A DNA stretch of 64,000 nucleotides from assembly GCF_002113885.1 (NCBI RefSeq), contig NW_018407426.1, positions 1,362,908-1,426,907 of the forward strand, read 5' to 3'. Below are positions 53,690 to 64,000 of the stretch, piece by piece. Within the stretch, counting starts at the first letter, position 1, and each line of letters starts with the position of its first letter. The notes beneath the pieces were generated by a model. The model was given only the letters and a program-made list of their open reading frames with translations. It did not search any database and was not told the DNA's origin. Origin of the DNA: Mizuhopecten yessoensis. Taxonomy: Eukaryota. Position numbers and translations under genes: made by a program.

Positions 53690-53780
53690 TTAACCCTTTC
53701 ACCCCTTTGTAACTTTAATAAACTCTACCATGCATAGATCTGGATAAGTCCATTATGGTCTATAGTGGTGAAAGGGTTAA
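53690..53780 (+). mobile_element. 83-bp piggyBac-like MITE, family B
   Basis: TTAA-CCCTTTCACC...GGTGAAAGGG-TTAA: canonical CCC/GGG ends with a TTAA target site. Confidence 0.8.
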
Positions 53781-53813
53781 AGAAAATACATATGTAGTTA
53801 TTACTATTGCTAC

Positions 53814-54135
53814 TGTTATACTAGGAGTGGAAAAATGCACAGCCAGACAAGGATTTGAACCTGTGACCTCACAAACTCTAGACAGACACTACCATTTGTG
53901 CTATCTGGTCGCTGGCAAACAACCCAGTACAGTTCTGCTATATCCTCTCTCCTTTTTCTAAGTCTTCGCTCTCGAAGACATCACTACAACCCCCACAGCA
54001 ATAATTTTGTAATATGAGCAGAAAAAATGCACAGCCAGACTGGGATTCGAAAGCACTACTAAAACTCTGGGCAGGCATTATACCAATTGAGCTTCCTGGT
54101 TGCCATTGATTGATCAATTCCAGTTCCCCTGCACA
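53814..54135 (-). mobile_element. Two-LTR TRIM with tRNA-like LTRs (Helenus-like)
   Basis: Two similar ~128-bp direct repeats (54008-54135 and 53814-53942), each with A-box- and B-box-like motifs and ACA 3' ends. The 65-bp spacer ends in the polypurine tract agaaaaaggagagagga directly before the second LTR. Confidence 0.65.
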
Positions 54136-54471
54136 GTGAGATAGTGATGACAAGAATACGATGTTATGTGTATATATATATGGTCTGACAAAATTGCTTT
54201 AGAAAGTATTTGAAAAGGAAATCAGTTATTTATAACAGGTGTGTAAGTGCAATGTATTCCAATCCTTATTATGGGACGACCACACAATATTTTAATTTCA
54301 ACAAGATGAATAATATTTTTAATCCTTTTATGTTGCATATAAGCAAATGGGAAAACTTATTTAAATTTAAATAATGAGAAAAAGAGTTGTTTTAAAAACA
54401 AGATTTTTAATTTGATATGTGGTATATATTATATTATTACAAAGAACTTGTACCTATCAAGGGTATAGATA

Positions 54472-54605
54472 TATAACTGGAGAAAGAGAAATATACGACC
54501 AGCCTGGGATTTAAACCTGGGACCATCCGAACTCTAGACAGACAGTCGCTACCAATTGAGCTACCTGGTTGGTAATTATGATCAGCCAAGTCCAGTTCTG
54601 CTACA
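54472..54605 (-). mobile_element. Solo tRNA-like LTR with 4-bp TSD
   Basis: On the minus strand: TGTAGCAGAACTGGAC...ggtagctcaattggtag...ggtttaaatccc...gttata. GATA lies on both sides (54468-54471 and 54606-54609). Confidence 0.65.
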
Positions 54606-54721
54606 GATAAACACTGAAGTAGATCAAATTAATAGTTTCTCCTGTGTATGAAATAAATCATTTTAATAAACTCTATAATGGTGTCTTATCTCAATGTCAG
54701 TTTTGTTGCATTGACATGGGA

Positions 54722-56662
54722 GCAAAATGTTTAGTGGGGAGGTGTCGGGGGTGTCGGAGGTGTGTATCCCGGTGAGGTAGAAGAGCTGACCATGTGCTGT
54801 AGATATGTTAGTGGGGAGGTGTCGTGGTGTCGGGGGTGTGTATCCCGGTGAGGTAGAAGAGCTGACCATGTGCTGTAGATAGGTTAGTGGGGAGGTGTCG
54901 GGGGTGTCGGCGGTGTGTATCCCGGTGAGGTAGAAGAGCTGGCCATGTGCTGTAGATATGTTAGTGGGGATGTGTCGGAGGTGTCGGAGGTGTGTATTCT
55001 GGTGAGGTAGAAGAGCTGACCATGTGCTGTAAATATGTTAGTGGGGAGGTGTCGGGGGTGTCGGGGGTGTGTATCCTGGTGAGGTAGAAGAGCTGATCGT
55101 GTGCTGTAGATATGTTAGGGGGGGATATACAGACTTACTGTTATATACTAGGTGTGTATCCCGGTGAGGTAGAAGAGCGGACCATGTGCTGTAGATAGGT
55201 TAGTGGGGAGGTGTCGGGGGTGTCGGAGGGGTGTATCCGGGGAGGTAGAAGAGCTGACCATGTGTTGTAGATATGTTAGTGGGGAGGTGTCGGCGGTGTG
55301 TATCCCGGTGAGGTAGAAGAGCGGACCATGTGCTGTAGATATGTTAGTGGGCAGGTGTCGGAGTTGTGTATCCCGGTGAGGGAGAAGAGCTGACCATGTG
55401 CTGTAGATATGTTAGCGGGGAGGTGTCGGGGGTGTCGGAGGTGTGTATCCGGTGAGGTAGAAGAGCTGACCATGTGCTGAAGATATGTTAGTGGGGAGGG
55501 GTCGTGGTGTCGGGGGTGTGTATCCCGGTGAGGTAGCAGAGCTGACCATGTGCCGTAGATATGTTAGTGGGGAGGTGTCGGCGGTGTGTATCCCGGTGAG
55601 GTAGAAGAGGTGACCATGTGCTGTAGATATGTTAGTGGGCAGGTGTCGGAGTTGTGTATCCCGGTGAGGGAGAAGAGCTGACCATGTGCTGTAGATATTT
55701 TAGTGGGGAGGTGTCGGGGGTGTCGGCGGTGTGTATCCCGGTGAGGTAGAAGAGCTGACCATGTGCTGAAGATATGTTAGTGGGGAGGGGTCGTGGTGTC
55801 GGGGGTGTGTATCCCGGTGAGGTAGAAGAGCTTACCATGTGCTGTAGATATGTTAGTGGGCAGGTGTCGGAGTTGTGTATCCCGGTGAGGTAGAAGAGCT
55901 TACCATGTGCTGTAGATATGTTAGTGGGCAGGTGTCGGAGTTGTGTATCCCGGTGAGGGAGAAGAGCTGACCATGTGCTGTAGATAGGTTAGTGGGGAGG
56001 TGTCGGAGTTGTGTATCCTGGTGAGGTAGAAGAGCTGACCGTGTGCTGTAGATATGTTAGTGGGGAGGGGTCGGGGGGGTCGGAGGTGTGTATCCCGGTG
56101 AGGTAGAAGAGGTGACCATGTGCTGTAGATATGTTAGTGGGCAGGTGTCGGAGTTGTGTATCCCGGTGAGGTAGAAGAGCTGGCCATGTGCTGTAGATAT
56201 GTTAGTGGGGAGAGGGCGGAGGTGTGTATCCCGGTGAGGTCGAAGAGCTGACCATGTGCTGTAGATAGGTTAGTGGGGAGGTGTCGGGGGTGTCGGGGGC
56301 GTGTATCCTGGTGAGGTAGAAGAGCTGATCATGTGCTGTAGATATGTTAGTGGGGATGTGTCGGAGGTGTCGGAGGTGTGTATTCTGGTGAGGTAGAAGA
56401 GCTGACCATGTGCTGAAGATATGTTAGTGGGGAGGTGTCGTGGTGTCGGGGGGGTGTATCCCGGTGAGGTAGAAGAGCTGACCATGTGGTGTAGATATGT
56501 TAGTGGGGAGGTGTCGTGGTGTCGGGGGGGTGTATCCCGGTGAGGTAGAAGAGCTGGCCATGTGCTGTAGATATGTTAGTGGGGAGGGGTCGGGGGTGTC
56601 GGAGGTGTGTATCCTGGTGAGGTAGAAGAGCTGATCATGTGCTGTAGATATGTTAGGGGGGG
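54722..56662. repeat. ~68-77-bp G-rich minisatellite
   Basis: Unit gtgtgtatcccggtgaggtagaagagctgaccatgtgctgtagatatgttagtggggag(gtgtcgggg)1-2. Confidence 0.95.
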
Positions 56663-57114
56663 ATATACAGACTTACTGTTATATACTAGAGTTGTAAACT
56701 GTTATTTACTACAGAGTTGTAAACTGTTGAGATAAGTAACAAGTTTATTAAATGGCGACCTCAAATAGTCAATAACACGTCCAATATTTGTCCTATCTAT
56801 CATACATCATATCATTTGTTTGTCAAGTTTTGCATTTTCTTATCAGGGACGTCTTGACATACAATGGATGTACAGTTAACACTTGTCCAGGTGTGCTTGA
56901 TATAGGGGATTTACCTGAAAGTGTGGTTTTGGAGTTCTAGAAAATCATATAAATAAATTTGTATCAACTGATGATAACATATCATTAATGATGTCAAGCA
57001 CAAATCTCTTTTTTTTTGGGTCTTTAAATCAGCAAGAATAAGGTGCTAGCGGAAATTCTCTTTCCCGTTGCAAATGGTGTCAATGGCCATCAATGTGGTG
57101 ACAGGGAGTAAAAA

Positions 57115-57945
57115 CCTGTAAGGTTAGCTGTGTTCTGTTGACCGTTCCCTTGGTGTAATGTTAACAGTGTTCTGTTAGCTGTTCCCTTGGTATGAGGTTA
57201 GCTGTGTTCTGTTGACCGTTCCCTTGGTGTAAGGTTAGCTGTGTTCTGTTGGCTGTTCCCTTGGTGTGAGGTTAGCTGTGTTCTGTTGGCTGTTCCCTTG
57301 GTGTGAGGTTAGCCGTGTTCTGTTGGCTGTTCCCTTGGTGTAAGGTTAGCTGTGTTCTGTTGGCTGTTCCCTTGGTGTGAGGTTAGCTGTGTTCTGTTGT
57401 CTGTTCCCTTGGTGTGAGGTTAGCTGTGTTCTGTTGGCTGTTTCCTTGGTGTGAAGTTAGCAGTGTTCTGTTAGCTGTTACCTTGGTGTGAGGTAAGCTG
57501 TGTTCTGTTAGTTGTTCCCTTGTAAGGTTAGCTGTGTTCTGTTGACTGTTCCCTTGGTGTGAGGTTAGCAGTGTTCTGTTAGTTGTTCCCTTGGTGTGAG
57601 GTAAGCTGTGTTCTGTTAGTTGTTCCCTTGTTGTAAGGTTAGCTGTGTTCTGTTGACTGTTTCCTTGGTGTGAGGTTAGCTGTGTTCTATTGACTGTTTC
57701 CTTGGTGTGAGGTAAACTGTGTTCTGTTAGTTGTTCCCTTGTTGTAAGGTTAGCTGTGTTCTGTTGACTGTTTCCTTGGTGTGAGGTTAGCAGTGTTCTA
57801 TTAGGTTGTTTCCTTGGTGTAAGGTAGCTATGTTCTGTTGGCCATTCTCCCTTGGTGTGAGGTTAGCTGTGTTCTGTTGGCCATTCTCCCTTGGTGTGAG
57901 GTTAGCTGTGTTCTGTTGGCCATTCCCTTTTTCCCTTGGTGTGAG
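57115..57945. repeat. 37-bp minisatellite
   Basis: Unit ttcccttggtgtgaggttagctgtgttctgttggctg. Confidence 0.95.
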
Positions 57946-60548
57946 ATCCACTGCATTCCTTCATAGATTATATATACAGGTGGGGTTGACTGTTCCCTCA
58001 TTGTGAGGTCAGCTGTATTCAGCCATAGATAGTGTTGTCCAGGTCAGATCTACTAGAACTGATACAAGGTATTGATTTATACGTATCAATGCAAAAGGTA
58101 ACAGCACAGGTAACAATGGGTTCTAGATAATGACCTAGGTATGGGGATAATTGGGATGGTTAATTGGTGAAACCTGATAACTTCATGCGAAGGTGAGCGT
58201 AGAAATTTATCTTCTATGGGAGTAGGGGTGTAGGCAAATATCTACTAAAGGAGGTAATCATGTCTAAATGTCTTCTGTGTAAGATTGACGTGGTTATTAT
58301 ATTTCCTCTATCAGAGGTTGAACATGGAGGACAAATCCTTAACAGGAAGGTTATTGTAGTCAATTAACATCTATGGGAGGATAGCATTGTCAAATATCAT
58401 GTATATATGTAGGTTGATTCATGAACAGAAATTTACGATGGGTAAGGTTTACGCTGTCACCCTAAAATATATTGATACAAACTCCATGTATATATATGTA
58501 AACACTCCCATAGAGTGTCTTGTGACAAAGCTTGCTTAAAGCCTGTCAATCACAAATTGTTTAAAACTATAGAAATCAATAGTTGCTCGTTATTGCCAAG
58601 TCAGTTAATGTAATGTCTTTCTTCAACAGCTCATAAATATTTCACGATTTTCATGTATGTGTTATATGTACTGTTATTGCTCACATAAAAGAACCACAAG
58701 ATTTTATGACTTAGAAATTGTTTTAAATTATGTATAATTATTCAGTGTAAGAAAAGGACGGTGGGACACAACAGAAACAGATCAACGATTGTTGCAAACT
58801 ACAATAGAATATGCAGACCCCAGAACTTGAGACTTGATTTATTTATCTTATGGGTAGAGCAATTTTTGTTTGCTTATAACTAATAAAGTTGACTGCATGT
58901 TAAGAAATTCGGTTTTTACTTGCAAAGAAAAAACTTACATGATGCCAAAAATAATAACTTATTTTTCAAAATATTAAAGTTATTGGGCTTAGTTATGCTG
59001 ACACAAGTGATTTGTGTAAAAGTTAAGGCTATATGCTACCATACAAATTTGAGCTGTGATCCATGTAATTTGTGTTCGAGAGTTAAGGTTGTATGCTACT
59101 AGCCTGCACATTAAACTGTGATTTTTGTTAGGTTAAGGTTATATGCTTCCTTACGCATTATAATTGTGTTCGAGTTACAGTGGCTTTTTTGCTCAGTTTT
59201 ACTGCCGAATACATGCTGTTTCCCCTAGCTGAAAAGGGCCTAAAATGACCAAAAACTGAGGAATATATTCCCAAATTCAATGTTTTTGGGGTTTTTTCCC
59301 CAATTCATAAAGGAACAGGCTGTTGTAAAACTTAGGTAACAAAAACACTGAGTTAAGGTTAAATGCTACCTTACACATTATACCTTTGATTTCAAGAAGA
59401 TTATTTGGTATCTTACAAATTTTTACCTGTGAAACAATCATAACAGGTATTTCACATTTTTCATAGCGTTATTTGGATTTGCTATGGTATAGCTTGTTGC
59501 TATCATATCTCAATCTGATTTGATCCGAAGTCAAGAGATCAAAATCATATTTCTTTTTTAGTATGATTATATTGATCACGGCACTACCTTATCACCCAGC
59601 AACTGTACATAGCTAGATTACTGGCGATAGGTACCTTCTCTGCGCTGACGTCTAACATCAGTATATAAACATCTCACTGGTACAATTTGCTTACTATTCA
59701 TTTGTTTACTATACTATTCATTTGTTTACTAATTCAAATGAAAAAATACCCGCTAATCTTAAAAACATCTATTGTGTTAATAAATGTAGAATCTGTGTGT
59801 TTATTACAGGATCCCTATACCATAGCTGTCAACCCTCCCTTATTTTGACCAAAATTTAACAATCTCCGTCAAAACTCACTCATTCAACTGAATCAAGTCC
59901 AAACTCGCACAAACTCAGAATCTACATCCTGTTGTGTGTGTAATGATCATAACAGGTGTGTCTGAATCAAATGATCTCCTAGTTACTGCAGGGTGTGTGT
60001 AATGATCATAACAGGTGTGTCTGAATCAAATGAATGCTTTTTGGAGTTATTTTGATACATAGAAAAGGAGATATGAGTAGAGCAAAGCAATTTCAGTAGC
60101 GTATCATGCACTTTCTCCGTCATCAGAAATGTGGAATGAGGGAGATCTTCCTGCTATGAGATTTCAGAGGTTGACACCTATGCCATACCACTGTCAAAAA
60201 CTGTAATTTTTCAGTACGAATATTGATGAATCATTTCTGAAAATAAAATCATACTTTGCAGAAATCTAATGAAAATATGGTTATTAAACAAGAAAAAGAT
60301 TAACAGTATATTTTGAGTCAAAAATTGATGGGGTCAGACCAGTGGTTAAAATCTTGTCCTCCGAACATTATATTGTCATATATATCTTTAATAAATTGAG
60401 CTATCTCTAGTTAAGTATACGTACCCTGATCAATTTGCTGTCACACGCTTTTGTTATATCCAAAACAAAATTAAGGGGAGCTTACTCCATGCAGGAAAGA
60501 CTACAGTGGAATTCTCTTGTGTTTTGCATGCAGTGGGACAGGGTATCC

Positions 60549-60639
60549 TTAACTCATTCACTCTTGAAGACACATTTGAACTCTTCCGATTTAAAGATTG
60601 GAAAAGTTCATTATGAAATTTCAGGGGGGAATAGGTTAA
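60549..60639 (-). mobile_element. 83-bp MITE family A copy
   Basis: Diverged reverse-complement copy, TTAA-flanked. Confidence 0.7.
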
Positions 60640-61665
60640 GGCTGTAAAATACTTTATGGTCTATGTAGACTTACCGTGGGTAAGTCTTTTATACACATTA
60701 GTCGCTGGTGCGCGAGGAGTATGACAGCGTAATGCACACCCTCAATATCGTACTCCATTTAGACTGGTATAAGCTGATATTACCATTGATAATTCATGAT
60801 CTAACTGAGTGAATATTAATAATTGTTACTTTATGTGTTCATGGTTGGTTATTTAGAACAATATCCTGAATGATTATACTAGAAAAGAGCAGTATTAGGT
60901 TGTCTGCCTGATTGGATTGTGAGGAAACAGTACCGAAGTAGTACAATGAACACCATATACACGAGTGAACACATACATGGAACTCAAAGGATTAGTGCTG
61001 ATACAGTATTTCAGTTCAAATTTCATAAATTTATAATTTCCATATATATATACATTATATGAACAAGCAGGTTTGCAGTAAAATAGATACAGCCCTATAG
61101 AGTATATTATGCTTATGGGAAACTTTTTCTTGTAAAATAATGACACACAGGAACAAAATAGCAGGGTAATTAAGCCAACATGGTCTGGAAGTGTCACCAA
61201 TATTTCTACTTAACATATTTCAAAGTTATACCCAAGTAGATTTATCAATTGCTTTCTACCTGTAACATAGAAATGTTCAAATTTTATGAAAATACTTAAG
61301 TTAATTTGGTTAATTAGTGAGAATACTTCAAAAATGTAAACAGCACAAATCTTCTTGATATACAAATAAGAAAAATTGACCCGGGCCTAAAGCAATGAGA
61401 GGCGATACTAGGGGTGCTCATTTTGCACCTATAAGACTAACCAGCTGGGTGGGCACTTGATTCAAATGGAATAAATATCACACCAAAGAGCTACCCAAGT
61501 GGAGCAGACTCATCATGACCAAATGTTACCTTTTCCAGTCACCATGTTTAAAAAAGTGTTTCTATTAAAAAAGACTTTATAATTGATAAAAATTTCCACA
61601 ATAATATTAATTAACCGTGCTGGTTGAATTCAGATTTAAAGGACAAACTGAAGATATCTTAGGAC

Positions 61666-61802
61666 NNNNNNNNNNNNNNNNNNNNNNNNNNNNNNNNNNN
61701 NNNNNNNNNNNNNNNNNNNNNNNNNNNNNNNNNNNNNNNNNNNNNNNNNNNNNNNNNNNNNNNNNNNNNNNNNNNNNNNNNNNNNNNNNNNNNNNNNNNN
61801 NN
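61666..61802. other. Assembly gap
   Basis: N run. Confidence 1.
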
Positions 61803-64000
61803 CAGAGGACATTGTTTGAGCGTTGCATCATTACTGTATATAGCATTAAAGGTACTGTATGAAATTTTCTGAACATTCATTAAATAATCAGAGTCCATGA
61901 GACAAGTGGAGAATGTATGAGTATTGTGTAAATGACAGGGTCAGACATAGCTTATAACAGTTGAAATTTATTCAAAATTGAGCCCTCCCCCTGTTGACCT
62001 ATAGTTTATAGTACAGATTACATTGAAATACAATTTTTATCTGCACAATTGTATTTACATTCGATTTGTTCACCGTATCATTTGACCATATGGGAGAAAA
62101 GATCTTGTCTGAATCCTCAGAAATCTGTTTTCATTTTTCTGAGACCGTATAAAAGAAGAAATGTAACGAGTATTTGAAGTATAATTAGCCAACACTGGTA
62201 CATCAATGTCAGCCACATTTTCTATTAAATTGAATTATAAGAAATGAAATACGATATACTACTCAATTTCATCATTTCAATTGGTCTTTCATGTTCAATG
62301 AGGTCAAGAGAGACGTATATTGTGTGTGATGACCTCTGTTGACCTTTGATAAATCCCAGATATTTGACACTGTGAGACATATTGTTTGGTTAATAAAAAA
62401 AACATTCTTATTAAACAATCAGACCTTCCCACAAGTTTTCACTATCATAGAAGTGATTGTCAAACATTGGAATAGTTTGCAGATTAACTTTGATGTGTTT
62501 TTAAATCAGACCAGTTTAAAATTGATTAAAACTGTATCACATTCTTAATCTTTACAATGAAATTGGTTTAGTTGTAACTTTATGTACAATGTTTACTGAT
62601 GACAGGGTGTGTATTTGTAGAAACACACTGTAACAGTAAATAGTATAAGAGACTCAACTGTGTACAATAGGATGGACTATCCCATGTGGGAAGTGGACAA
62701 AGTATAGCTCCCTGGACAAGGACAATCTTGAACTGAAAATATATACCCCATGGGTGTAGACTGGCCCCCAACTGATTAGGGGAGCAAAGTGAAACTGGGG
62801 GTTCAGGACTCCTAGAAACCCTGTATATCCTGAAAATATCCGTCAGAAGTTGGTGGTGGTAGGGGAGTGGTCAGAAACTGCCCTCCTTGCCGCCCCACAG
62901 TCTACAGCCAAGTACCATAAACTCATTGTAACCTCCACCTGTTATACAGGGTCAGCTCCTCCTAGTAAGTCTCAATTATAATCAGACGAGGGATTCTGAA
63001 GTTGGCAGAAGTTGGTCTGTTTATTTCCATTTCAATTATTAGAAATTATTGAACTCATTCAATATATTTCATATACATTTAAGCAATTTTGAAAAATATG
63101 CAGGCTCCATTTTTCGCAGGGTTATAGATGTCTGTAGTACAGGACTACAACATAGACATACAAAAAAATATCTACAAATTAGCTGTGATAACAATACCAC
63201 CTGAACGTTGTTCTTTGATCAGATGAAGTGATCGAAAACACTGCCAGAACAGTTTTGAGTGTAATTAACCTTATTTAGCCCAAATTACTATAGCTATTGA
63301 TGTAGTAAGCACTACAGTTGATCACAGTGTGCTCAACATTACTGTGAGAAAGAAAAGTGTCACAGTGATTAACAAGGTGAGGACTATAGGTCACCCGCCA
63401 TCTTATTGGACCAGGTACTTCCTGTATACAGATGGTCAGATACAGATGGTCAGATAGTCCTAACACTTGTGTCTGACACCTGTGGCAGGTATCCAGGACA
63501 GGTACGCCGTACCTTACAGATCTTTGTACCCGAGAACTTACAGTACATCATACACACACAGGTGACGACAGGATGATCGGCACACTGCCAGGTCTGTGAA
63601 GTTGAGGACAAAGTGCTTAAGATTGACTATCATTATATAATAATAGCAGTTGTATTTGTAGGCTGTTTTCAAAACTATTTTAGATGTGTCAATAAGACTA
63701 CTTGTTTTAGGACTTAATGAACATACGTGGATGAAAAAAAATAAAGAAAAAATATACCTGTAAATTTTCAAGATATTTTTTTGAGAGAGAAAATTCTATT
63801 TGAATATTAATTCCTTATCTATTGCAACAGCCAGGCCCATATATAGCTATTGCCAATTAAGATCTAACTTCCTTATATGGTGTCGACAGTAATTATGTAA
63901 GCTTGTAATATACCTTTATCTATGTTATCCTTTCAAAAATATCTTGTACTTAATGTACTTTTATCTAACTACCATCACTATATTGAATATTTAATGTGAA

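Noticed and set aside
36005-57945. Tandem arrays as CRISPR-like loci
   Set aside because: The units abut directly with no unique spacers, there are no cas genes, and the context is eukaryotic intron.
15712-60647. Recurring peptide 'LNSSNSKVGIVHYEISGVNEL' in several ORFs
   Set aside because: It is the translation of the 83-bp MITE, not a protein family.
63542-63593. Possible 52-nt minus-strand exon (cttcacag|...|gtaagt)
   Set aside because: The splice signals are plausible, but there is no recognisable peptide and no acceptor partner identified, so it is unsupported without RNA data.

Overview
AT-rich animal genomic DNA, most likely a bivalve mollusc (inferred from pearl/HINE-type Helentron repeats). 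It is mostly intronic and has two assembly gaps (19672-19721, 61666-61802). Two protein genes are recognisable, and they are head-to-head and probably overlap. On the minus strand is rootletin (CROCC): a conserved 282-nt exon at 13710-13991, a probable non-coding 5' exon ending at 34087, and possibly a 981-nt acidic first coding exon at 51324-52304. On the plus strand is PEX2: three short coding exons at 34438-34488, 35810-35887 and 37662-37724, with the next exon not found in the window. If the acidic exon splices to rootletin, that transcript reads antisense across the PEX2 promoter and exons 1-3. The rest is a dense set of small mobile elements: ten ~83-bp TTAA-flanked piggyBac-like MITEs, other TIR MITEs, HINEs and SINE relics. 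There are also short TG...CA LTR-like units carrying a tRNA-like or a 5S-like Pol III promoter, resembling Helenus/Ajax/Cassandra-type TRIMs. Nine minisatellite arrays are present, eight of them inside PEX2 introns. Almost all ORFs in the supplied track are spurious or repeat-derived. All calls come from reading the sequence and from remembered family knowledge; no searches were run.
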